IMG/VR virus record: IMGVR_UViG_3300021139_000007
Span: 5,290-69,289 of that record
DNA from: a virus
Strand: one strand, 5' to 3'
Length of the DNA stretch: 64,000 nt
In this document: one piece after another, positions 50,553 through 60,290 of the stretch
Layout of the letters: the number at the start of each line of letters is the position of its first letter
How positions within the stretch are numbered: position 1 is the first letter of the stretch
Made by a program: the position numbers and the translations under genes
Notes under the pieces: model-generated
The model's database searches: none
What the model was told of the DNA's origin: nothing
The model's input: the letters and a program-made list of their open reading frames with translations, nothing else

Positions 50553-51086
50553 ATGCCTTGTTCAGTAGAACTTAATGATACATCTAAGATACCCATACTT
50601 ACAGGGTGTCCTTCCGATAACGAATACTTTTTGGTTATCGGTGCTGCTAATGGTGCAGGTCAAGGTGGTTATGGTGTTAGAAGTTGGTTAGCATTACAAC
50701 AATGTTTAGCAAGTGCAATTTCTTTCCCTGAAATAGATACAATAGTAGGTCAAGGCAATCCTGTAATTTTGCCAACAGGATGTACTTCTTATACAATAAA
50801 TGCAAAGGTTCTACCAAAATCAGTAAAGTGTTTTGTAGATGGTCAAAGAATATTTCCCGTTGTATCAGACCAATTGTACATAGATATTCAATATTCTACT
50901 ACCTTTGTCACGATTTCATTCTTTAATTACTCAATAGATGATGAAACAGTAAATCTAGGGCTACAATATGGACAAAAAGTAATTATTGAATTTGCAGTAT
51001 CAGGAAGTACACCATTAGGGATAAATTTAACAACAGAAGATGGTTTTGACATAACAACAGAGGACGGACAAAACATAACAATTTAA
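50553..51086 (+). CDS. putative tail-fibre adaptor
   Basis: C-terminal LTTEDGFDITTEDGQNITI repeat of the kind I recall preceding fibre genes; no signal peptide. Confidence 0.5.
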   Translation: MPCSVELNDTSKIPILTGCPSDNEYFLVIGAANGAGQGGYGVRSWLALQQCLASAISFPEIDTIVGQGNPVILPTGCTSYTINAKVLPKSVKCFVDGQRIFPVVSDQLYIDIQYSTTFVTISFFNYSIDDETVNLGLQYGQKVIIEFAVSGSTPLGINLTTEDGFDITTEDGQNITI

Positions 51087-51094
51087 AATAAATT

Positions 51095-52504
51095 ATGAAG
51101 AAGATATTTTTAGCGTTTTTAATTCTAATTTCTGGTAGGGGTATTTCCCAAGTATCAATTTCCCAACTACCAACTTATACAGGAAGCCCTGTAGGGACAT
51201 TTGTACCCTTAGTACAAGGTGGTTCTACTAAAAAAATAGACGGTTCTAAATTAGGACAAGTTTCTGATTCAACTAAAATACCATACTTAGCAAAGAATAA
51301 TAACTTTACAGGTAATGATACTTTCCCTTCAATAGTTTGGGCTTCTAATGGTAGCGATACTTTAGCTACTCAAAGTTATGTAAGAAGTGTAGGTGGAGGA
51401 GGTGGAGGTTCTAATATTGATACTACTAGAATACCATTCCTTGCTAAAAACAACACTTTTACAGGGGATAATAGTTTTACAACATTAGAACTTAATTCTC
51501 TTACAGCAAGTTCAGTTATTAACTTAGGAGGATATGGGATTAATTCATTTTCTAATGATACATCTTTGTCTAGTTCACCACAATACAGTTTGCCAACTCA
51601 AAATGCAGTAACAGGGTATGTAGGGAATCATGCTCAATTAAAATCAAACCTATCTAATGATGGGACAATGGCAGCTAACTCAACAACTCTTTATCCAACT
51701 CAACAAGCTACTAGGACTTATGCAGCAGGATTAGTAGTAGGGTTATTAAATGATAGAGGTAGTTATAATGCAAGTAGTAATGTATATCCATCAACAGGGG
51801 GGAGTGGTACAGCAGGGGCAATTCTAAAAGGTGACATTTGGTATATTAATACAGCGGGAACTTTAGGTGGCACATCTGTTTCAGTAGGTGCAAGTGTGAG
51901 GGCTTTAGCCAATAGCCCTGCACAAACATCATCAAATTGGGATATTCTTAATGTAGGATTAGGGTATGTTCCTGAAAATGTGGCAAATAAATCTACTAGC
52001 GTTTCTAGTGATAGTGGGAGTACTACAAAATATCCGACAACACAATCGGTTGCAAGATATTCACAATCACTTAGTAATTTAGCTACTACTATTACGCCTT
52101 CTGATTCAAGTAGTAATACTCTTTATCCTTCTGTAAATGCAGTAAAAAGATATGTAGATTCAAATAGTGGTGTATTACCTTATAAAGTGTATAATGCGAT
52201 TATTAGTGTTGATGGTAGCGGTGTTACAGTTAATTCATCTTATAATACATTTAATGGCATTACTTTTAATTGGTATTTAGTAGGTAACGGGAGAATTGAG
52301 TTAACTTCAAGTTCATCTATTTTCACCACAAATAAGACATACTATTTTGGTCAAAGTTTAAATAATGGGGGTGTAATGTATTTAACTAGCCCTGAATTAA
52401 ATTTTAATAATCGTATATTTATAGATATTATAAAAGCTATTGATAATAGCCAAACATCTACACCAAGTGTAACATTCCCAATAGAAATCAGAGTTTACCC
52501 ATAA
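51095..52504 (+). CDS. tail-fibre-like protein with Sec signal peptide
   Basis: MKKIFLAFLILISGRGIS|Q; SISQLP; 2x IPxLAKNNxFTG; 4x PT/Sxx(A/S)(V/T)xxY repeats; ENVANK. Confidence 0.7.
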   Translation: MKKIFLAFLILISGRGISQVSISQLPTYTGSPVGTFVPLVQGGSTKKIDGSKLGQVSDSTKIPYLAKNNNFTGNDTFPSIVWASNGSDTLATQSYVRSVGGGGGGSNIDTTRIPFLAKNNTFTGDNSFTTLELNSLTASSVINLGGYGINSFSNDTSLSSSPQYSLPTQNAVTGYVGNHAQLKSNLSNDGTMAANSTTLYPTQQATRTYAAGLVVGLLNDRGSYNASSNVYPSTGGSGTAGAILKGDIWYINTAGTLGGTSVSVGASVRALANSPAQTSSNWDILNVGLGYVPENVANKSTSVSSDSGSTTKYPTTQSVARYSQSLSNLATTITPSDSSSNTLYPSVNAVKRYVDSNSGVLPYKVYNAIISVDGSGVTVNSSYNTFNGITFNWYLVGNGRIELTSSSSIFTTNKTYYFGQSLNNGGVMYLTSPELNFNNRIFIDIIKAIDNSQTSTPSVTFPIEIRVYP

Positions 52505-52523
52505 TAAATATACAAACAAGCAA

Positions 52524-53738
52524 ATGAAGATACTATTAACTATATTATTAAGTTTACTTTTGATAGTGGGGTTTTCTCAACAAATCCCTAATGGTAATCC
52601 TATCACTAATGCCCCTAACTCATGGGTATCTTATGGTTATACTAGAGATAGTGGTAAGATATTTATAGTAAGAGATACCTTTAATGCACGTTATCCAACA
52701 GTAGTAATGAGACCTGATGGGATTCTTTGGAAAACATTAGGTAATGGTGCTTATTGGTACATGGTAGGTAGTTCAGCAATAGATACACTTCACTCTTTAG
52801 TTACTCATACAGCTTTAAATGACAGCCTTTTAAGATATTTAAAAGATACGGTATTTTGTCATTATGATACTGTTTTTTGGGAAAGGGGCGGTAGTACTTA
52901 TTACATAAGAGTAGATACCTTTTCTTCTAATCCAACATTATATGGGGCTAACTTTGGTAAGTATGTTGCAGGTAATACCCCGAATTGGAAGGGACTTTCT
53001 TCAAGAGAAGCAATTATAGATGCCATAACACAATGTAACCATCCAAATTATATTTCACCAACTGTAACCATCAATAGTAGTACTTCATTTGGTAGTTATG
53101 AATATGGAACAAATTTAGGTTCTATAACACTAAGTAATACATTTGTGCCTAATAATGGGGGTAGTGATACTGCTAATGTTTATTATCAAAACAGTAGTGC
53201 TTTAGGAGGTAATACCACCACTATATCATCATTGACATCAACTCAATATTTTTATGTAAATTCAGCATATCAACAAGGGGCTTGTATAGCTAACAATTGT
53301 GGCACAATAGATTGTTACGGAAGAATAAATGCAGGGAATGTAAATAGTGGGACGAGTTCTTATTCTGTAGGTTATAGGCGTTATTATGGGTGGATAAGCG
53401 ATACTACGGGGATAACTACAGGAGGACAAGATGCGGCAATAAGGGCTGTTATAGATAGTACGCAATTTAGTGTATCTGCTTCTTTTGGAAGCTCGTTATC
53501 ACCTATTAATACGGGGAATCCTCCTAGTGGGTCTGCTTATTATATTTTTGGGTATGTAAGTACAAGCCCAACAATGAGTGATATTGTAATAAATGGTACT
53601 CCATTAGGCATTAATGCCTTCAATGTAAATACTAGGTCAACATTTACTAATTCACAAGGAGTTACATTGCCTATAAGAGTGTATTACAATAAAAACAAAC
53701 AATACGGTTCTTTTTCAGTTTATACAACATCTAATTAA
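52524..53738 (+). CDS. fibre/appendage-like protein with Sec signal peptide
   Basis: MKILLTILLSLLLIVGFS|Q; S/T/N/G/Y-rich beta structure. Confidence 0.6.
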   Translation: MKILLTILLSLLLIVGFSQQIPNGNPITNAPNSWVSYGYTRDSGKIFIVRDTFNARYPTVVMRPDGILWKTLGNGAYWYMVGSSAIDTLHSLVTHTALNDSLLRYLKDTVFCHYDTVFWERGGSTYYIRVDTFSSNPTLYGANFGKYVAGNTPNWKGLSSREAIIDAITQCNHPNYISPTVTINSSTSFGSYEYGTNLGSITLSNTFVPNNGGSDTANVYYQNSSALGGNTTTISSLTSTQYFYVNSAYQQGACIANNCGTIDCYGRINAGNVNSGTSSYSVGYRRYYGWISDTTGITTGGQDAAIRAVIDSTQFSVSASFGSSLSPINTGNPPSGSAYYIFGYVSTSPTMSDIVINGTPLGINAFNVNTRSTFTNSQGVTLPIRVYYNKNKQYGSFSVYTTSN

Positions 53739-55667
53739 ATGAAGAAACTAATATTTATATTATCATTATTTTTATCATTATTTGCTAAAGGACAAGTAGT
53801 GTATAATGGATTAGGTGGATATGTTCCTAATGGTAACTACGCAGGTTATTATGCCCCTTATATGCAAGGTGCAACAAAAATAGCTTACGACACAACAGCA
53901 AGAAACGCCATCCCGTCTTATTATAGGGATACGTTAACTTTCATGTGTTATACAGTAGTAGATAGCTCTTTTTGGATATTGAGAGGAGGTATAGCTAATT
54001 CCAATTACAGCAAAATATCTACTTTCAGCAAAAGTTTTATTCCTTATAATGCAATATTACAAAATGGGAATAAATTTGGCGCAACAGAAATAATAGGAAC
54101 TAACGACTATTATAACGTTCAAATTAATAGAGGTGGGACACAGGCATTACTGATTGATACATTTGGATTGACCAATACAGCAGGTAACTTTAGGATAAAT
54201 ACGGGGTCGGGCAATGCTACCTTTTACGATTTCGGTGCTAGTCACACAATGCAGTTACCTAGTGATACCCCTTCAATTGCACCACCAATATTATACACAA
54301 ACTTATTAGCTTATAAAAATGGGACTTTATATGTGAAAGACACGGCTACATCTCACTCATGGAATTATGGCAGGTTAGCTTATTACAGAGATTTAACGGG
54401 TTACGGGAACACCTACTCCCAAGGCGTAACACCATCAAGTTCAAAAGTGTCAATCCCATTCTATAATGGCACGCATTCAATAAGTTATACTAATAACGCT
54501 GTAATGGATAGTGTCACGGGGGCTATATATGTCAATAATAAGAGGTTGGCGGATACAACAGATTTGGCTACAAGGTTAAAATATACTGATACAAGTGGGA
54601 TGTTATTGGCTTATGGTACGGCTATTAATGGAAAACAAGCTACTTTGGTTTCAGGTACAAATATAAAAACCGTTAATGGAACAAGTGTTTTGGGTAGTGG
54701 CGATATTGCCGTTAGTGGAGGGCTTACAGGTGCAGGAACGGTATCGAGTACAGTAGTGCCATTGACAGTATGGAGTGCAACTAACAGCAAGGTAAGTAGT
54801 ACAGGAACATACGCAAGTTGGGATACTGTAAACCATAGACTAGGAATAAATAATACATCCCCTTCCTATAATTTAGATGTCACAGGAGATACTAGAATAT
54901 TATCTACTAGCGGAAGTAATCAAGTTTTATTTCATGCGGGAGTAAGTGCAGCACCGTATATCAATTTATCCTATTCGGGGGTAGTTAATTTATTTTTAGC
55001 GGGAATCGGTAACGGTACAAATGCAGGATTAGGGTTATATAACAGTAGTAATCTTACTCAATATTGCTCATTAAGTGCAGCGGATATATTAGGGAACAGT
55101 GGAATATTACAAATACAAGGCAATAGTTCAGATGCGTATGGTTCGTTTGGGTCGAGTAACGGGAAATCATCATATGTACGATTTACAGAATCGGGGGTGG
55201 GGTATAGAGGTTTAATAGGTTTTGCTGGCGGGTCGGGTAATCTTCAATTTAGGTTAGGGGCTAGCAATATGACTAGCGGCACTCAAACAATGACACTAGC
55301 ATCTTCAACAGGTGCATTGTTATTAGGAACGGCTACTGATGACGCAGTTAATCTATTGCAAATTAATGGAAGTGCAAAAGCAACTTCATTTAATTCAAAC
55401 GCAACACAAACAACGGTAAGCGCATCAACAAGTGGAACGGTAATATTTAGTGAGCCTTTTGCAGGGAGTAGCTATAAAAAAGTTGTTATCTATTGTAATG
55501 GTGCAACAGGGACTGCTAGTTATACTTTCCCTACTGCATTAACTTATACGCCTACAGTAGTTTCGACAAGCGGACTTGCAACAAGTTTAGTTACTTCAAT
55601 AAGTACAACGGCGGTGACTGTTACGGGCGCAGCTTCAACAGGATTTTTAATTTTAGAAGGATATTAA
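53739..55667 (+). CDS. tail fibre protein with Sec signal peptide
   Basis: [18 protein letters not shown]|Q; [25 protein letters not shown] and [16 protein letters not shown] fibre motifs. Confidence 0.75.
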   Translation: MKKLIFILSLFLSLFAKGQVVYNGLGGYVPNGNYAGYYAPYMQGATKIAYDTTARNAIPSYYRDTLTFMCYTVVDSSFWILRGGIANSNYSKISTFSKSFIPYNAILQNGNKFGATEIIGTNDYYNVQINRGGTQALLIDTFGLTNTAGNFRINTGSGNATFYDFGASHTMQLPSDTPSIAPPILYTNLLAYKNGTLYVKDTATSHSWNYGRLAYYRDLTGYGNTYSQGVTPSSSKVSIPFYNGTHSISYTNNAVMDSVTGAIYVNNKRLADTTDLATRLKYTDTSGMLLAYGTAINGKQATLVSGTNIKTVNGTSVLGSGDIAVSGGLTGAGTVSSTVVPLTVWSATNSKVSSTGTYASWDTVNHRLGINNTSPSYNLDVTGDTRILSTSGSNQVLFHAGVSAAPYINLSYSGVVNLFLAGIGNGTNAGLGLYNSSNLTQYCSLSAADILGNSGILQIQGNSSDAYGSFGSSNGKSSYVRFTESGVGYRGLIGFAGGSGNLQFRLGASNMTSGTQTMTLASSTGALLLGTATDDAVNLLQINGSAKATSFNSNATQTTVSASTSGTVIFSEPFAGSSYKKVVIYCNGATGTASYTFPTALTYTPTVVSTSGLATSLVTSISTTAVTVTGAASTGFLILEGY

Positions 55668-55669
55668 TT

Positions 55670-56050
55670 ATGAAAAAGTTATTTATTAGTTTGCTACTTA
55701 TCGCAAGTTTAGGGGTTAAAGCCCAATATGTGCCAACAATAGACACATCATTTCACCCTGTTATTGATACTACCTTGCAAGGCATTACAGCGTGTCATAT
55801 TTCGCCTATAAAGTCAGCGTTTAGCAATGATTCAGCTACTTTAATTTCAGTAGTTAGTGTAAGCGACAATTTAGAGAGTTTGGCGAATTTGAATTTTAGT
55901 TTTTTAAATGCGAATCAATCTGTAATAAAATCATTCACGTTTACTATTCAAGGTCAAAACTATGTGGATTGGAATAGTAACGTGTATTTATTCAAATTGT
56001 TTGCAACGTATCTAAATAATCAATACGGAGTAAAATTAACATTCAAATAA
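55670..56050 (+). CDS. small secreted protein, possible fibre assembly chaperone
   Basis: MKKLFISLLLIASLGVKA|Q; directly follows the fibre gene. Confidence 0.55.
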   Translation: MKKLFISLLLIASLGVKAQYVPTIDTSFHPVIDTTLQGITACHISPIKSAFSNDSATLISVVSVSDNLESLANLNFSFLNANQSVIKSFTFTIQGQNYVDWNSNVYLFKLFATYLNNQYGVKLTFK

Positions 56051-56063
56051 ACAATAGTAAATT

Positions 56064-56300
56064 ATGACATGGCAGGAAATGGCAGCAATTAGTACGGTAG
56101 GAGTTGCAGGGGTAACTATTATAGGCTTTATTTTGGCGAATCACTCGAACATTCAAGTAAGACTTAAAGCTCTTGAAATTGAAGTTACGGGGTTAAAAGA
56201 AGCGCAAGAAAAGACTGATAGTAAGTTTGATAGGATAATGGATAAGCTCGAAAGTATATCAATAGCACTTAGTAATAAAGTGGACAAACATAACGGATAA
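56064..56300 (+). CDS. holin/antiholin-like membrane protein
   Basis: one N-terminal TM segment plus coiled coil. Confidence 0.5.
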   Translation: MTWQEMAAISTVGVAGVTIIGFILANHSNIQVRLKALEIEVTGLKEAQEKTDSKFDRIMDKLESISIALSNKVDKHNG

Positions 56301-56345
56301 AAACAAGGGCGAAAGTAGAAACCTTCGCCCGTAATTATTAAGATT

Positions 56346-56663
56346 ATGATGTGGCAAATATATATCATAATAGTTAAAGTGGCTTACATTATATTTGCGA
56401 TGTGGTTAGGGTTTCAAATTATAAATAATAAATTTATGCAAAGCAAAATTTTCACAGTAGGAGTTACCGATTTTTTACATGGCTTATTTATTGCCATTGT
56501 AGGTGCAGTCTTAACAGTTGTAAGCACTTCATTGAGTGCAGGGTCATTGACTTTTGATTACAAGGCGATTGGCACAACGGCAGCAATTGCAGGATTAAGC
56601 TATGTTAGTAAGAAGTTCCTAAGTAACAATCAAGGGGCTATTTTAACGCCTGATTCAAAGTAA
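56346..56663 (+). CDS. putative holin (alternative start MQSKIF at 56436)
   Basis: DFLHGLFIAIVGAVL..FDYKAIG..AGLSYVSKKFL, 2-3 TM segments. Confidence 0.65.
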   Translation: MMWQIYIIIVKVAYIIFAMWLGFQIINNKFMQSKIFTVGVTDFLHGLFIAIVGAVLTVVSTSLSAGSLTFDYKAIGTTAAIAGLSYVSKKFLSNNQGAILTPDSK

Positions 56664-56709
56664 TTAAGGACACTCAAAATACAGTCCTGATTCAAGATTG
56701 TAGTTCTTA

Positions 56710-56751
56710 ATCCCTCTACTCTTTGGAATTTGAGTAGGGGGTAATTTTTTT
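56710..56751 (+). terminator. probable intrinsic terminator
   Basis: ccctctactc / gagtaggggg stem followed by a T-run. Confidence 0.55.
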
Positions 56752-56755
56752 AAAA

Positions 56756-57067
56756 ATGAAAGTATTTATTAGCGGTAAAATTAGCGGACTATCTCAAAAA
56801 GAATACGAAAGTAATTTTTATGAAGCTGAATACTTTTTAAAAATTAGAGGTTATGAAGTAGTTAATCCCCTTGAAATATGCAAAGACATTCATATAGATG
56901 ACTATGCAAAGCAATTAGGGCGTTGTATTGAGAAGCTAATTATTTGTGATGCTATTTATATGTTATCAGATTGGAAAGACAGTAAAGGGGCTATGATTGA
57001 GAATTATACGGCGGTAACGTTGGGCAAAGAAATAATGTTTGAAAGTGATGGATATAAAATGCAATAA
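56756..57067 (+). CDS. DUF4406 / nucleoside 2-deoxyribosyltransferase-like protein
   Basis: VFISGKISG, VVNP, CDAIYMLSDWKDSKGAMIE. Confidence 0.8.
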   Translation: MKVFISGKISGLSQKEYESNFYEAEYFLKIRGYEVVNPLEICKDIHIDDYAKQLGRCIEKLIICDAIYMLSDWKDSKGAMIENYTAVTLGKEIMFESDGYKMQ

Positions 57068-57323
57068 AAAATACATATACACCACTCCCGAAAGTGTTAT
57101 AAATATAATGCAAAAGTTTGGCTCAAAAGGTTTCAATAATACGCCTAATGGGCTATTCTATACAAATGATGAGCAAATGTTAGTTTTCAAAAAAGGTGAG
57201 GAGGTAACCTATGAAAAATTAGGTAGGTCAGCAAGTTTTGAAACATTGAAAAATTTACAGGGATTGAGTGAGATGCCTAAATTACCAAACGTAATTCCGC
57301 ATAAACTACCTTTTAAAATATAG
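57039..57323 (+). CDS. hypothetical protein
   Basis: 94-aa ORF in operon. Confidence 0.45.
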   Translation: MKVMDIKCNKKYIYTTPESVINIMQKFGSKGFNNTPNGLFYTNDEQMLVFKKGEEVTYEKLGRSASFETLKNLQGLSEMPKLPNVIPHKLPFKI

Positions 57324-57325
57324 AT

Positions 57326-57835
57326 ATGAATAAAAATAAAGATTACAAATATTGGCTATTAGCACTTTTACTATTTGCTCTAATCGGCTGCATGACAGAC
57401 CGCACCGCAATAATGAAAGTACTAACAAACCCTACTTCATTCGATAGCGTTGGGCGTGTTTATGAACACTTACACCCTTGTAGTAATGACACTATCATAA
57501 AGGGGAGTGATACGGCTTATTTACACGATACTACGGTTCAATCATTTTCGTTTGTTGATACAATCCATCATACTAAGCACGATACAACTATTATACGACT
57601 TAGCACACTTGCCACAATTCACGACACAATCGAGATAAGAGACAATCAGATATTAGACGATAACGTTAATCTAAGGTCAGCAAATAGCACGTTACAGGCT
57701 TTAAATTCAAGCAATAGTTTAGTGTTGAAGGAATGCACAACGGCAAAAGATAAATGGCAATTTTGGGCTATATTATTAGGCGTGGTTGCGTTATTGTTAT
57801 TAGTTGCGTTAATATTTAAAATTATAGTGCCATGA
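57326..57835 (+). CDS. unimolecular spanin
   Basis: lipobox LIG|C, beta-rich DT-repeat periplasmic region, C-terminal TM helix; lysis region. Confidence 0.75.
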   Translation: MNKNKDYKYWLLALLLFALIGCMTDRTAIMKVLTNPTSFDSVGRVYEHLHPCSNDTIIKGSDTAYLHDTTVQSFSFVDTIHHTKHDTTIIRLSTLATIHDTIEIRDNQILDDNVNLRSANSTLQALNSSNSLVLKECTTAKDKWQFWAILLGVVALLLLVALIFKIIVP

Positions 57836-58071
57836 GAATAGTATTGCCAATTTTGTACAATGATTCAGGAGATATTTTACTTGAAAGTTTAGGTATTACA
57901 GTTGATACAGAATTAGTAAATAAGCCTACTAAAAACTGCTATTTCTACAATATTGATTGTGTTCTGCCTTACGATAACGAAGGTAAAGAATATAGCGAAG
58001 TAGTTAGCGGTGGTAAGCATTTGATTTGTGCTTTATCACCTATTGAAGTAGATAAATTAATAAGTAAATAA
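57832..58071 (+). CDS. hypothetical protein
   Basis: 79-aa ORF overlapping the spanin stop. Confidence 0.5.
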   Translation: MRIVLPILYNDSGDILLESLGITVDTELVNKPTKNCYFYNIDCVLPYDNEGKEYSEVVSGGKHLICALSPIEVDKLISK

Positions 58072-58277
58072 TATGGAAGAAATAGTATAGTATATCAAAT
58101 TTTCAAACAAGTAATAAAATATACTGTAATTGAAACTATTATAGGTATTGGATTAATTTATTTAATTTATGAATTATGTCAAAAACTAAATTAACAACAA
58201 AAGAACTTATTGCAATAGCTTACTTTAATAGGATTATTAAAAACTATAAAAGAATACTTTTATTAAAAAAAATGTAA

Positions 58278-58350
58278 TAAATTTGTATGGTACAATAAAT
58301 CAATAGTATTTAGTTGCCATACAGTATTACGAGTATTGTATGGCTTTTTT
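58278..58350 (+). promoter_or_regulatory. promoter followed closely by a terminator hairpin
   Basis: TAAATTTG at 58278; gccatacagta/tattgtatggc stem 58316-58344 plus T6. Confidence 0.55.
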
Positions 58351-58361
58351 ATTTATATATT

Positions 58362-58508
58362 ATGAGTTCTGTAAAAATATGTCATTGCGAACAATGTAAA
58401 GGCGTAAAAAGCAAACGGCACAAAGCAAGGCGTAAAATCAAAAGAATGTTATCAAAGAAAAGAAGGACATTAAAGGAAGGTGAAGTATTTAATTTTTATT
58501 ATGCGTAA
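58362..58508 (+). CDS. small basic CxCxxC protein (start revised to MSSVK)
   Basis: CHCEQC followed by a K/R-rich stretch. Confidence 0.45.
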   Translation: MSSVKICHCEQCKGVKSKRHKARRKIKRMLSKKRRTLKEGEVFNFYYA

Positions 58509-58511
58509 ATT

Positions 58512-59042
58512 ATGACAAGGAACAGTTACCCCGAAAAGCCTGTAGTTGCGTTTGTTTCAGCAGCTATTGACAAGCAAAAAATAATAGACATACTAAAATT
58601 ATCTGATTGTAGCGCAGAGATTAAACGGTCAGCATTCATAATAATGCGTAACGAAACAGGAAACTTCCACAGCGTAATCAATGGCGTAAATACAAGCGGA
58701 GTACAGGCAGATAGTGGTAGATGGTCACAATTTTGGGATTCTCATATCGTTGCTACTTGCTTGAAAAATGAGGGGATGACAGGAAAAGAAAGGCGTTTTG
58801 TAGTGTTTGATAAGTTGGAAACGGGTATAAACTTTCTTATTAATAGGATTCAAGCGAAAGGATTGTTTATAGGGGAAAAAGTAGATACCGATTACTTTAA
58901 AGGAGATGTTACAACGGTTGAACAATTGGCGGTTGCCTATGCTAAGGAATGGGTTTATGGCAGCGAAACTATTAAGCCTGATTCACAGTTCATTAAGGAT
59001 TTTATAAGTATGTATAATCAATCAAAAATGTTATTCTCATGA
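58512..59042 (+). CDS. putative endolysin (lysozyme-like/GH73 glucosaminidase-like)
   Basis: MRNETG catalytic-Glu helix, NTSGVQ, FVVFDKLETG, YAKEW. Confidence 0.55.
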   Translation: MTRNSYPEKPVVAFVSAAIDKQKIIDILKLSDCSAEIKRSAFIIMRNETGNFHSVINGVNTSGVQADSGRWSQFWDSHIVATCLKNEGMTGKERRFVVFDKLETGINFLINRIQAKGLFIGEKVDTDYFKGDVTTVEQLAVAYAKEWVYGSETIKPDSQFIKDFISMYNQSKMLFS

Positions 59043-59563
59043 GTGAAATATGGTTACCAATTAAAGGTTATGAATGTTTATATGAAATATCTAATTTTGG
59101 TAGAATAAAAATATTACCAAAAAAAGTTAATTGTTTAATTGGGAAAAGTAGAATTAATAAAGAAAGAATATCTTTAGGTAGTTTAGATAAAGAAGGATAT
59201 AGGCAATTTTCTTTAATTAGCAAAGGCATTGAAAAAAAGGTAAAAGTTCATAGATTAGTAGCTTCCCATTTTATTAATAGTGGTAATGATAATTTAGAAG
59301 TAAACCATATAGATTTTAATAGGTCTAATAATAATTATTATAACTTAGAATGGTCTACTAGAAAAGAAAACCAAACACATACAGTTACAAATAATAGAAA
59401 TGTTAAAGGCGTTAAAGTTTGGAGTTCAAGAATAACAATAGATTGTAATACAGGAATATTTTATGACACATTAAAGCAGGCTTGTATTGCTAAATGTATA
59501 TCGTATGTTAATGCTAAAAAAAGTATTTGTAAAGGTATTTATAAAGGGCTTCAATATGCTTAA
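59039..59563 (+). CDS. NUMOD4-HNH homing endonuclease
   Basis: WLPIKGYECLYEISNFGR, VHRLVA, VNHIDFNRSNNNYYNLEW. Confidence 0.9.
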   Translation: MSEIWLPIKGYECLYEISNFGRIKILPKKVNCLIGKSRINKERISLGSLDKEGYRQFSLISKGIEKKVKVHRLVASHFINSGNDNLEVNHIDFNRSNNNYYNLEWSTRKENQTHTVTNNRNVKGVKVWSSRITIDCNTGIFYDTLKQACIAKCISYVNAKKSICKGIYKGLQYA

Positions 59564-59575
59564 AATTATTTTTAT

Positions 59576-59610
59576 GTATGTACAATCAAGCGAAATTATT
59601 GTTCTCATAA
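59576..59610 (+). pseudogene. displaced duplicate of the endolysin 3' end
   Basis: 28/35 identity to 59008-59042; encodes MYNQAKLLFS* versus MYNQSKMLFS*. Confidence 0.7.
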
Positions 59611-59684
59611 AGTTAAAACCATTTTCCTAATGTCGGGAACATGGTACATAATAAGCAGTTTCAAACCTTCTTAAATATATAAAA

Positions 59685-60290
59685 ATGAAAAAATACTTAC
59701 TTATCATATTGTTGATGTCAACAATATGGTCACAGGCACAAAAGATTGATACTATTATCAAGATGCCTAATTACACATCGTATTATAGTTATCAATTACA
59801 CAACCCTATATTTGTCATTTATAGCCTATTTAAAGGCGGTGGAAGTTGCAGCAGGGATAAGGATAGGTTTATTACGGCAAACCTACCTAATAGTGCTACA
59901 TCTAAGGATTATGAAGGTAATGGTTATGATGAAGGTCATCAAGCACCTGCACAAGACTTTGCCTATGACTGTAAACTCCAGGAACAAACATTCAGATTTT
60001 TTAATTGTGTACCACAAACACCTCGATTAAACAGAGGTATATGGAAGCAATGGGAAACAACAATTCGCAAAGAATCACAACACGACACAATACAAGTAAT
60101 ATGCGGTAATGTTTACGGAACTAAAACAATAGGCAACAAAGTAGCAGTACCTTCTTATTGTTGGAAGATAACCAAAGTTAAAGGTAAAGTTACCCATTGC
60201 CTACTATTCCCTAATGATAACAGCGATAGTTATAGTTGTGTAAGTGCTGATAGTTTGAGGGGGTTGTATAAGGGGATTGCGGTGTTTTAA
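59685..60290 (+). CDS. secreted DNA/RNA non-specific endonuclease (NucA type)
   Basis: signal peptide ..WSQA|Q; GYDEGHQAPA, NCVPQ..LNRGIWKQWE, VAVPSYCWK. Confidence 0.88.
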   Translation: MKKYLLIILLMSTIWSQAQKIDTIIKMPNYTSYYSYQLHNPIFVIYSLFKGGGSCSRDKDRFITANLPNSATSKDYEGNGYDEGHQAPAQDFAYDCKLQEQTFRFFNCVPQTPRLNRGIWKQWETTIRKESQHDTIQVICGNVYGTKTIGNKVAVPSYCWKITKVKGKVTHCLLFPNDNSDSYSCVSADSLRGLYKGIAVF

